Assembly: GCA_951406725.2 (NCBI GenBank) | Contig: OX597816.1 | Location: 39,494,001-39,558,000 of the forward strand | From: Octopus vulgaris | Taxonomy: Eukaryota | Direction: 5' to 3' | DNA: 64,000 bases | In this document: in pieces, positions 1 to 10,311 of the stretch | Numbering within the stretch: position 1 is the first letter of the stretch | How the letters are laid out: each line of letters opens with the position of its first letter | The notes under the pieces: generated by a model | What the model saw: only the letters and a program-made list of their open reading frames with translations | What the model was told of the DNA's origin: nothing | Databases searched by the model: none | Made by a program: the position numbers and the translations under genes

Positions 1-108
1 TCGCTATAGAAAATGGTAACGAAAGGGTTAAGCTTTAATGTGCTAAAAATTTTTTCCTGATTAAGTGCTATAGAAATTGAGTTCTATCTTTTATGCCATC
101 AAATACAG

Positions 109-149
<41 letters not shown>

Positions 150-151
<2 letters not shown>

Positions 152-362
152 AACGCCATGTTGGATCATTAGCCCCTACACGCAATTTTTTTCTCTCCTC
201 GTTTCTCTCCTTGTTTCTTTTCTGTGTATCTTTCTGTCGAAGAGCGTAGGCTCGAAACGTAAAAGACTTGTTTTATTTCTATTCCTGAGCGCCATACTAA
301 TACATTTGTTTGTTTGTACTCCACCTGCCTTCGTCTTTTGTTTATTTTTGTAAACCTTCCCG

Positions 363-364
<2 letters not shown>
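150..364 (+). mobile_element. Short Penelope-like end fragment with minimal hammerhead motif (family H1)
   Basis: Near-identical to 4390-4602 and related to 23908-24077(-); embedded in (TA)n/(TG)n; hammerhead motif at 229-266. Confidence 0.65.
229..266 (+). ncRNA. Minimal type I hammerhead ribozyme-like motif (A6U core variant)
   Basis: TCTTT-CTGTCGA-A-GAGC(GTAG)GCTC-GAAAC-GTA-AAAGA: stem I, core, stem II, palindromic ACGT stem III. Confidence 0.6.
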
Positions 365-404
<40 letters not shown>

Positions 405-1164
405 GGCAAGAAGTTAATGGAGGGGATCCAGAGGTAGTATGCATCAACTGTTAGACATTATACTATCTCTATTTATTTTAAACAGTTCTGAGAATATGTA
501 TACATGTGTAAAGATTGTGTTTTACATATAAAGTACCAGTAATTTCTAGAATAGAGACAGAAGGGCAGTTTCTTATGGCTGTTTCTGCTATGAGGTTACA
601 GTACCCCACATGTTATTTCCATCTGATCAGTGAACTGTAGTGATCGGTAGATAAAATTAGGGTACTTGGGTGTGCCTGTAGGCTTCGTCAGAGAGTTTAG
701 AAGAGGGTCTAAGAAGTTCAGAGGGCTAATTTATGTATATATAAATATACATATGTACACTCACATATATACACACACACAAGCCTGAAGGCTGCACCAG
801 GCCAGTCAGATGTGGCAGTGTTTCTACAGCTGGTTGGCGTTAGGAAGGGCATCCAGCTGTAGAAACACTGCCACATCTGACTGGCCTGGTGCAGCCTTCG
901 GGCTTCCCAGACCCCAGTTGAACCGTCCAACCCATGCTAGCATGGAAAGCGGACGTTAAACGATGATGATGATGATGATGATGATATGCATCTATACATA
1001 TACGCACATACACACATACAATAGAATCAGTTATTAGTAGGTGTAGTACAATATTCTTATTAGAGAATAAGAAGGAAAATAAGGGTAGAATCAAAGTAAG
1101 CAATAAAGTTTGAGAGGAGTACAGTTTTGTAGAAATGAAAAGGTATATGAAAGGAGAAATATAT

Positions 1165-1217
<53 letters not shown>

Positions 1218-1288
1218 CATTGAGCAAAAATTTAGATGCACCAGAATTTTGTATGGTGTTATCCATAAAAATTTATGGGGTGATTATA

Positions 1289-1485
1289 ATCAAAATAAGC
1301 AACAAGAATGACTCCGGTAATTTGGTACAATCGTTTCGTACTACATCATTTTATTAAATGTTGTAAGTATTACAACATTACTCAGCATCTTAAATCTGTT
1401 GTAATACTTGCAACATTTAATAAAATGATGTAGTACGAAACGATTGTACCAAATTACCGGAGTCATTCTTGTTGCCTATTTTGAT
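1289..1485. repeat. Near-perfect inverted repeat, 89-bp arms, 19-nt loop
   Basis: 1289-1377 is the reverse complement of 1397-1485 with 2 mismatches. Confidence 0.9.
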
Positions 1486-1496
1486 ATATATATATA

Positions 1497-1771
1497 TCAT
1501 CATCATCATCATCGTTTAACGTCCGCTTTCCATGCTAGCATGGGTTGCACCAGGCCAGTCAGATGTGGCAGTGTTTCTACAGCTGGATGCCCTTCCTAAC
1601 GCCAACCACTCCGAGAGTGTAGTGGGTGATTTTATGTGCCACCGACACAGGTGCCAGACGAGGCTGGCAGACGGCCATGCTCGGATGGTGTTTTTTATGT
1701 GCCACCGACACAGGTGCCAGACGAGGCTGGCAGACAGCCACGCTCGGATGGTGTTTTTTATGTGCCACCGA
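1497..1771 (-). mobile_element. RTE LINE 3' UTR fragment with (GAT)n tail
   Basis: Same family as 15779-16520; duplicated ~52-nt internal unit. Confidence 0.8.
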
Positions 1772-2256
1772 CATACATACATACATACATACATATACAT
1801 AGACACATATTTCATGCATTAGGAATGGTGGATTCCTGCAATGGTTCGTATTTTCCTTTCATATAAATATACACACATATATAAACACAATATGTTTATA
1901 GTTGAGGACTTAAGATTGTGGTCCCCATTACGGGGGTGAAATTTTATATTAATAGTTATGATAGCAGTTGGTACTAAAGGTAGTGAATCTCCAGCTAGTG
2001 ACCAAGATACTGTATTAGTTTCTGTTGCTTTTTGGTTAACAAGTTGCTGAATCCCTGTGGGTAATGGGGTGGGACTGACCATAACCCTCTGCCCATTACC
2101 CACAGGGATTCACTTGTTACCCTCGCCCGTTTGTTATGTTCAGTAATGTAATTGCCACGCAATAACCAACACTTGTGTATTAATAATTGGGTATTCTACC
2201 AGCAGTATATTGGATAGATACTATCCGTTAGTTGACTTACAACCTCTAACTCTTTG

Positions 2257-2316
<60 letters not shown>

Positions 2317-2389
2317 GCACACACACATGCTCTCTCTCACTTTCTCCCCATTCATCACCTCTTGTACTCTCTTCTATATACATCTATCC

Positions 2390-2730
2390 TTGATGAGGCC
2401 CACTATGGAATATTGCTCAGACATTTGGAATAGTGCTGCTACTGCACACACAAACGTCTTAGGCCACATCCAGAAAAGGACCACATAATTGATTGGCATA
2501 AAGTCACTCACAGACTCATTCTAGGCTTTGTCTCACTGGCAAGCTCTTTCCTCTCTCTACCTTTTTGTTTGACACTATATTAGCCTCTACTCCTCAGAGC
2601 TGGCTAAGTCATGTTTCCCCCAACTTGGGCATTTCCAACCCACTTGTCTCTTCTCCAATCAGCTTTGTTGTGTCTCCCCACTCCGCAATCCCATGATAAA
2701 CACTATGCCTAATCCTTTCTTCCTAGAACA
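2390..2730 (+). mobile_element. Degenerate CR1/jockey-group LINE ORF2 C-terminal fragment
   Basis: RPTMEYCSDIWNSAATAHTNVLGHIQKR resembles the post-RT RP.LEYC..IW motif. Confidence 0.55.
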
Positions 2731-3681
2731 TTGATCTTCTGAAATTGTCTCCCCGCTCATAAAAAGCACCATCCGACCGTGGCCATTTGCCAGCCCCGTC
2801 TGGCACCTGTGCCGGTGGCACGTAAAAAGCACCCACTACACTCACGGAGTGGTTGGTGTTAGGAAGGGCATCCAGCCGTAGAAACATTGCCAGATCAGAC
2901 TGGGCCTGGTGCAGCCTTCTGGCTTCCCAGACCCCAGTTGAACCGTCCAACCCATGCTAGCATAGAAAGCGGACGCTAAATGATAATGATGATGATGTTG
3001 TCATTGCTGTCATCATCATCATCATCTAACATCTATTTTCTATGCTGGCATGTGTTGGATGGTTCCACAGGAATTTGCATATCAGAAGACTGCACCAATC
3101 CCTGCTGTCTGTTTTGGTATGGTTTCTGCAATGTTAGGGAAATGCCATTCCTAATGGCAACAACCACCTTACAGAGTGCAGTGGGTACTTTTTATGTAAC
3201 AACAGAAGCAGTAAGGTTACTAAGAAACTTTGAAGACAAGACCCCTTCAACTGAGGCTGGTGGGGAGTCGTACTGTGGAACAGAAAAAAAGGAGTTATGC
3301 ATTAGATGGGAAACATGGCTACCTCAGGTGTAGAGAGAATGGAGAGAGAGAGGGGGAGGGAGGGAGGGGGAGAATGAGGGAGAAGATGAAACAGATGTGA
3401 TAGGGAGTAGCTTATAAACTGGAGAGGGTGTGGGTAAGTTCACAAGATTTGCAAGAGGAGAATGGCAGATGGTGGGAAATCTAATGAGTAGTCATAGGTT
3501 GGGAGGCTATTGTGTACTAAAAAAGAAATGTTAGTGAAATTTTCATAAATACAAAACAACTTTAGCATAAACAAAATTGATTGCTGACAACACATGGTGT
3601 TTCAAGGAAAATACCTGTATTGGTTCTGTAAAATGCGTTATTACTATGAAAATATTTGATATTATCAAAATAATGATTATA

Positions 3682-4063
3682 TAGGCGCAGGAGTGGCTGT
3701 GTGGTAAGTAGCTTGCTTACCAATCACATGGTTCCGGGTTCAGTCCCACAGCGCGGCACCTTGGGCAAGTGTCTTCTACTATAGCCTCGGGCCGACCAAA
3801 GCCTTGTGAGTGGATTTGGTAGACGGAAACTGAAAGAAGCCCGTCATATGTATATATGTATGTGTTTGTGTGTCTGTGTTTGTCCCCCTAGCATTGCTTG
3901 ACAACCGATGCCGGTGTGTTTATGTCCCCGTCAATTAACGGTTCGGCAAAAGAGACTGATAGAATAAGTACTGGGCTTACAAAGAATAAGTCCCGGGGTC
4001 GAAGTGCTCGATTAAGGGCGGTGCTCCAGCATGGCCGCAGTCAAAACGACTGAAACAAGTAAA
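3682..4063 (+). mobile_element. tRNA-derived SINE family A
   Basis: A box TGGCTGTGTGG, B box GGTTCAGTCCC, internal (TA/TG)n, tail ..TGACTGAAACAAGTAAAA; more than 10 copies in window. Confidence 0.9.
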
Positions 4064-4389
4064 AAAAAAAAAGAAAAAGAGATAGTGTTGATGGAATATT
4101 GTAGCTGTAGATTTACAAGAAGCACAGGTATCAAACTGTTGTCGTGAGGTAAAACAGCTCTTTTGCTTCAAATACTATCTGCACATTTTGAAACTGGTTT
4201 GAGGATGAATGTCTTTCCTTCATGGTGCTACAAACTAATCCCTAGTTGCTGTGAATGAATTGTATTTATTGTAGCTTCTAAGATTGACTAAAAGTTTGAT
4301 TAATTTTTTATTCAGTTATTTGATTTGTAAAAAGTTAAACAATGGATTTTGAAACTATATCTGTATAATATTCATGCATTATACATGAG

Positions 4390-4602
4390 ATCGCCATGTT
4401 GATTCGCTAGCCCCTGCATGCATTTTTTTTCTCTCCTTGTTTCTCTCCGTGTTTCTTTTCTGTGTATCTTTCTGTTGAAGAGTGTAGGCTCGAAACGTAA
4501 AAGACTTGTTTTATTTATATTCCTGAGCACCATACTAATACAATTGTTTGTTTGTATTCCACCTGCCTTCGTCTTTTGTTTATTTTCATAAAGCTTCTCG
4601 TT
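4390..4602 (+). mobile_element. Family H1 copy with hammerhead motif at 4467-4504
   Basis: TCTTT-CTGTTGA-A-GAGT(GTAG)GCTC-GAAACGTA-AAAGA; the stem II change becomes a G-U pair. Confidence 0.65.
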
Positions 4603-4856
4603 AATATTCATGCATACCTGTATAGTAAGAAGTTTGCTTCCCAGCCACATGATTTCAGGTTTAGTCCTAGTGAACTTTGGGCAAGTGTCTTCTAGTATAG
4701 CCTTGGGCCAACCAAAAGCTTTGTGAGTGGACTTGGCAGATGGAAACTGAAGGAAACCTACCGTGTGTGTGTGTGTGTGTGTGTGTGACTGTCTCTTGCC
4801 TTGACTTTGTGTGATAGTTGTAAGCAGGTGTCACCATCATGTAAGCAATATCCTTA

Positions 4857-5060
4857 GTAAAAAGAAGTAATTTCTACTCTTCTCCTCTGGAAGCCATCTA
4901 CTCGCAATACCAGAGGGCGCACACTCCCCTACCCTGATGTAATCTCCAGGGATACAGGCATCCAGCAACAGGACCTCCGTAATGCCATGATGGACCGTGA
5001 AGTCTGGCGTAGCATGGTAAATTCCACTGTCTCGACCACGGTCGAACAATGATGATGATG
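4857..5060 (+). mobile_element. RTE/RTEX LINE 3' end nested in a SINE B copy
   Basis: ..LLLWKPS..RGRTLPYPDVISRDTG..AMMDREVWRSMV..* then (GAT)n; TSD ATATCCTTA 4848-4856 / 5061-5069. Confidence 0.75.
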
Positions 5061-5339
5061 ATATCCTTATTTCCAATCTTTCGTGAAAACATATCTGGGC
5101 ATGCAGTAATAATACCTACTTGGAAGTAGGTAAGGGTTGGCCATGGGAAATCCACCTCAATAAATTCTGTCTGATCTACGCAGGAATGGAAAAGTGGACA
5201 TTAAAATGATGATGATTCAAACACTTAAAGGGCATCAGACTCAAGTTCTGTTTTCTCTTCTCAGTTTTTAACATTGTATGAAATGCATTTTCTACTAATT
5301 ACTTGCGTACTTTAACTTATGAAGTACTTTATTTTGTAG

Positions 5340-5455
5340 CCAAACACCTTGCTGTCCAGTTTAATGAGTGTTCAGAATACTGTTGACAAGAAGATGTCTG
5401 CTAGCCATTTCACCATGTTTACAAATGCAGAACCCATTCAGTCTCTTGATCCTAT
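5340..5455 (+). CDS. BMS1: BMS1 exon ([38 protein letters not shown])
   Basis: ttgtag acceptor, gtaagt donor; resembles the BMS1 segment after the GTPase region (human LVQSLISTHSTIDAKM, from memory). Confidence 0.85.
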
Positions 5456-8379
5456 GTAAGTAGCTTTTATGTTATGACAATATGAAATGTCTTTGTGTGT
5501 ATTTCACTGCTTTTGTATGTTAACCCTTTAGCGTTCAGTTCTGTACCCCACCATCTGAGCGTGATCGTTGCCAGAGCAGCCAACTGGCTTCTGTACCCGT
5601 GGCACGTACAAGGGCACCATTCGAGCATGATTGTTACCAACGTCGCTTCACTGGCACGTGTAAAAGATTCGAGCGAGGTCATTACCAGTACCGCCTGACT
5701 GGCCCCCATGCCGGTGGCACGTAAAAAGCACCCACTACACTCTCGGAGTGGTTGGCGTTAGGAAGGGCATCCAGCTGTAGAAACTCTGCCAGATCAAGAT
5801 TGGAGCCTGGTGCGGCCATCTGGCTCGCCAACCCTCAGTCAAAATCGTCCAACCCATGCTAGCATGGAAAACGGACGTTAAACGATGATGATGATGATGA
5901 TTACTCTGTCAAATATAATGCTTTTTCATTCACATTGTTTTTGAATTAATCCTGCATTATCGTGTAGTACTGAGAATTTGATGATGTGATGGTTTATTTT
6001 GAGGATGTCATTGTAGGATATGTGTGAGAGGCCAGATCTAGATGGTTTGAACATAAAAGAATAGAAAATTTGGGCCGGATGTGGCCGGTTTAAATGCTGA
6101 AGGGTTAAGCATGTGGGTTTTGGGTTCAGTTTCACCGTGCAGCACTTTGAGCTAGTATCTTAAACTATAACTCCAGGTTGATCAATACTTTGGAAGTGAA
6201 TTAAGCAAATGGAAACTGTGTGGAAGCCTGTCATATATGTATATGTGAGTGTGTTTTTGTTTGTCCTTCTTTTCCCACCACTTGACAACCATTGTTGGTT
6301 TATGCCCTTGTAATTTAGCCAGTCAGTAAAAGATAGTGATAGAATAAGTACCAGAGTTGAAATAAGTACTGGGGTCAATTTGTTCATTTAAACCCTACAA
6401 GCCCATGCCCCAGCATGGTAGTGTGGCAACAATCCAGTGACTAAAACAAATTAACAGTTGAATAAAAAAAACAGAAAAGTACCTTAAATCCTCGTGTATA
6501 ATCCGCATTTCCCCCCCAAAATTTAAAGGTCAAAATCCCTAGTGCGTACTATATACGAGGTTAAAAATGAAAAATGTTTTCTGAGCAGTGTCCGAGTCTC
6601 TATTTGCTGTCCGGCAATGTTTATTCAGATGTATTTTGTGATGTCGGGCGCGAAAATACATTAAGCTAAGCCTGAAAGCAATGAAGTCATAAAAGAATCA
6701 TCCATAACTTGCAGTAAGCAACATTTATTAAACGTTATTACTGTTATTTCTTTATTTTCTGCAAACAAAATGCACAAAAAAAGCTACACGTTTGCATTTT
6801 GTTATATATGCAATAATAATAAAGCATGTTACCATATACATTTTTACAAACCAAGGACGTTATATAGACCTCCTTGACTCAAGTTAGAGAAGGGGTGTGT
6901 ATTATACACTAGGTTTAGGTTTTTCAGAAGTACAGCCCCCTAAAAATCCCCTGTATATTATACTCCAGGGCGGACTATACTCGAAGATTTACGGTATAGG
7001 TGAATTTATAGTATAGAAAATTTAGATGTTTATTATGTTTCAAATTGTTGGATGATCTTTCTCTTATTAACTGTACAGTTCCACAGCCCTGTTTACTTAC
7101 AGGTATCCCCTGCATTATGGAAACATGTTTCTGAAAATATTGCTGTGGTGTGGAGTTCTGTAATGTTGAATTCCATGCATATGCATGGCTGTGTGGTTAA
7201 GAAACTCTCCAAACATGTGGTCTTAGGTTCAGTCCTACTACATAGCACTTGGGAAAGTGTCTTCTACAATAGTCTTGAGTTGGCCAAAGCCTTTTGAGTG
7301 AATTTGGTAGATGGGCTAGTAATGATAAAAATGCCTGTCGCGTGTGGATGTGTATTTGCGTGTCTTTAGGTTTACACTTGTCTAGACATCATGTGGTGGT
7401 TGTAAATGAGCATCACTGTCATATAAGTGAGGTTGTTCGCAGTCTTCTTTGAAAAACATTTCTCGCTATGGTGAACTACTACTTAGCTTGGAAACAGATG
7501 AGGATTGGCAACAGGAAGAGCATCCAGCTGTAGAATATCATACTTCATCAAATTCTGCCTAATTCATGCAAACTTAGATAAGTGGATGTTAAAAATGATG
7601 ATAAAAGCCTATATGCCATTGACTTCCCTGAAGAAATACTGGCACGGGGCCAGACGAGGCTGGCAACGGCCACAATCGGATGGCACGTAAAATGCACCAT
7701 CCGATTGTGGCTGTTGCCATCATCGTCTGGCCCCGTGCCGGTGGCACGTAAAAAGCACCATCCGATCGTGGCTGTTTGCCAACCTCGTCTGGCACCTGTG
7801 CAGGTGGCATGTAAAAAGCACCCACTACACTCACGAATTGGTTGGCGTTAGGAAGGGCATCCAGCTGTAGAAACACTGCCAGATCAGACTGGGTCTGGTG
7901 CAGCCTTCTGGCTTCCCAGACCCCAGTTGAACCGTCCAACCCATGCCAGCATGGAAAACGGACGTTAAACGATGATGATGATGATGTTAGGGAATTCCAT
8001 GCTATGGCAAGATTTTCAGCTATTCAATGCTTCTATAGCACAGTGGGTTTCAGAGTTTCATTTAGGGACTTGAAGCAATGCTTACTCATTGATGAATTAA
8101 AAAAAAATAAAAGAAGATACATTGCCATTTAATAAATACTAGTATTGTCAAGTAAATACCTAATGTATATAAAATACCAACCTTTTTTTTTTTGGTCTAT
8201 TAATGTTTTATAAAAAATTTTTATGAATGCATTTTAATTCAAAAATATTTTTTTATTGGGAATTTCTTTTTAGAGATGAAAATGAATTATCTGACGATGA
8301 TGATAACGGTGAAGAGGAAAATGGTGAAAAGGCATCAGCTGGAAACAGTGAGGTAAATTACTAAGTATATATTGCTCAG

Positions 8380-8428
<49 letters not shown>

Positions 8429-9605
8429 ACTAAATATATATATAGTAGGTCAGATGTTGACTTAAGTATTTGTTTTTGTCATATATGTATGTAGAAATGA
8501 ATATAAAGTTTTTTAATTGGCAGAAAAGTTACAAAAATGATTCAAGGGCTGAGAGTTTCATGCATGACACTTATCAAGCTCTAGTAAGAATTTGATAAGT
8601 GCCATGCATGAAACTTGTAGTTTTGTAGGTTTTCTGCCAATTAAAATATGGGTCTGTGTATATGTGTGAGGTGTGTGCATGTGGGGGGTTTATGTTCTAT
8701 TGCTACTGTTTGTTCTTCCTGACCTATATATAAATATATAAGCTTGGCTGTTATGGTTGAGAAGTGTGCTTCCCAACCATGTAGTTTTGGGTTCAGTCCC
8801 ACTGGTAGTCACCTCCATTCAAAATGGGATTACCAACGTTTTTAGGTGAATACTTGAAGAATTGTGGAAATTCATTCCACAAAATGCACTGCCAGTCTGG
8901 GAATTGAAACCCTGATCTTGTGATCATGAATGCAACACCCTAACCACTAGGCCATACACCTGAGATATATGAAGCAAAACTGAGCTTAAAAGAAATAACT
9001 CAGAGTGGCCAGTGGCATGTAACTGAACAACATAAACAAATACAAGTATATGGAAAATCAAATAACATAGATTGTTGATTTATTAATATTATCCCTACCT
9101 CTAGAGGCTGTATCATAATTTCCAAATAGTAGTTAAGACCAGTTCCATATGAGAAGTCTTTAAATAGTCTTAAGTCTCATGCATTTCCCAAAGTTGACAT
9201 GCCATTAAGGAAAATGGCTCAGAAGGGAATAACTTATTGAAAAAATAAAATAGTTATTTGCTTTCTTTATTACAATTATCTTTAGGGATAGTGCTTATGT
9301 GTAGTTTCTCTAGCATGAAGTAAATAAGAGATAAGATAACTTACAGATATAAACCACTGTCTTCTGTGTTTGTTACTGACTGATAACTAACTACTTGCAT
9401 AGTAACAAACACTTGGTTGTCTGCTTTTTATATGCCTCACTGCACAGTATCAACATCTAATTTAATGCATGTGTGAGTATGTAGTTAAGAAGCTTGTTTC
9501 CCAATCATGTGGTCTCCGGTTCAGTCCCACTGTGTGGCACCTTATATTCTGGGCTGTCCAAAGTTTTGTGAGTGAATTTTGTAGATGGAAACAGAAAGAA
9601 GCCTG

Positions 9606-9640
<35 letters not shown>

Positions 9641-10143
9641 ATCCAAACAAGAAAACACAGCAACGCGAGGACGTGGAACAATTAAAGTATTATTTGACGC
9701 TCAGGAAAGAAGGGAAGGAGGGTATATATATATATATTGGCTCCCGTGTTGGTCCCGTGTTGGTGACACATAAAAAGCACCATTCAAGCGTGATCATTGC
9801 CAGCGTTGCCTTACCAGCACATGTGCTGGTGGCACATGAAAAACAACATTTGAGCATGGTCATTGCCAGTGCCGCCGGACTGGCTCCCGTGCAGGTAGCA
9901 TGTAAAAACACCTTTGAGCGAGGTTGTTGCCAGAACTACTTGTCTGGCCCTTGTGCCGGTGGCACATAAAAAGCACTCACTACACTCTTGGAATAGTTGG
10001 CATTAGGAAGGGCATCCAGCTGTAGAAGCTTTGCCAGATCAGATTGAGCCTGGTGCAGCCTCTGGCTCTCCAGATCTCAGTCAAACCGTCCAACACATGC
10101 CAGCATGGAAAGCAGACGTTAAACGACAATGAAGATGATGATG

Positions 10144-10174
<31 letters not shown>

Positions 10175-10253
10175 CATACATGCATGCACATATGTATACA
10201 CATATATACATATATATACATACAAACATACACATGCACACATGTATACATAC

Positions 10254-10311
<58 letters not shown>

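Noticed and set aside
93-1266. ORFs rich in YI/CV/HT dipeptides (also ~10.1, 22.6, 50.2, 51.0, 55.2, 56.2, 59.3 kb)
   Set aside because: Translations of (TA)n, (TG)n, (TATG)n and (GA)n microsatellites
1516-1866. Recurrent ORFs with [12 protein letters not shown] / CHRHR peptides
   Set aside because: Translations of the non-coding RTE 3' UTR repeat in assorted frames
1-5339. Additional upstream BMS1 exon
   Set aside because: No segment encoding the expected YAP.SGVG..YDKDAVY region with splice sites was found; presumed outside the window
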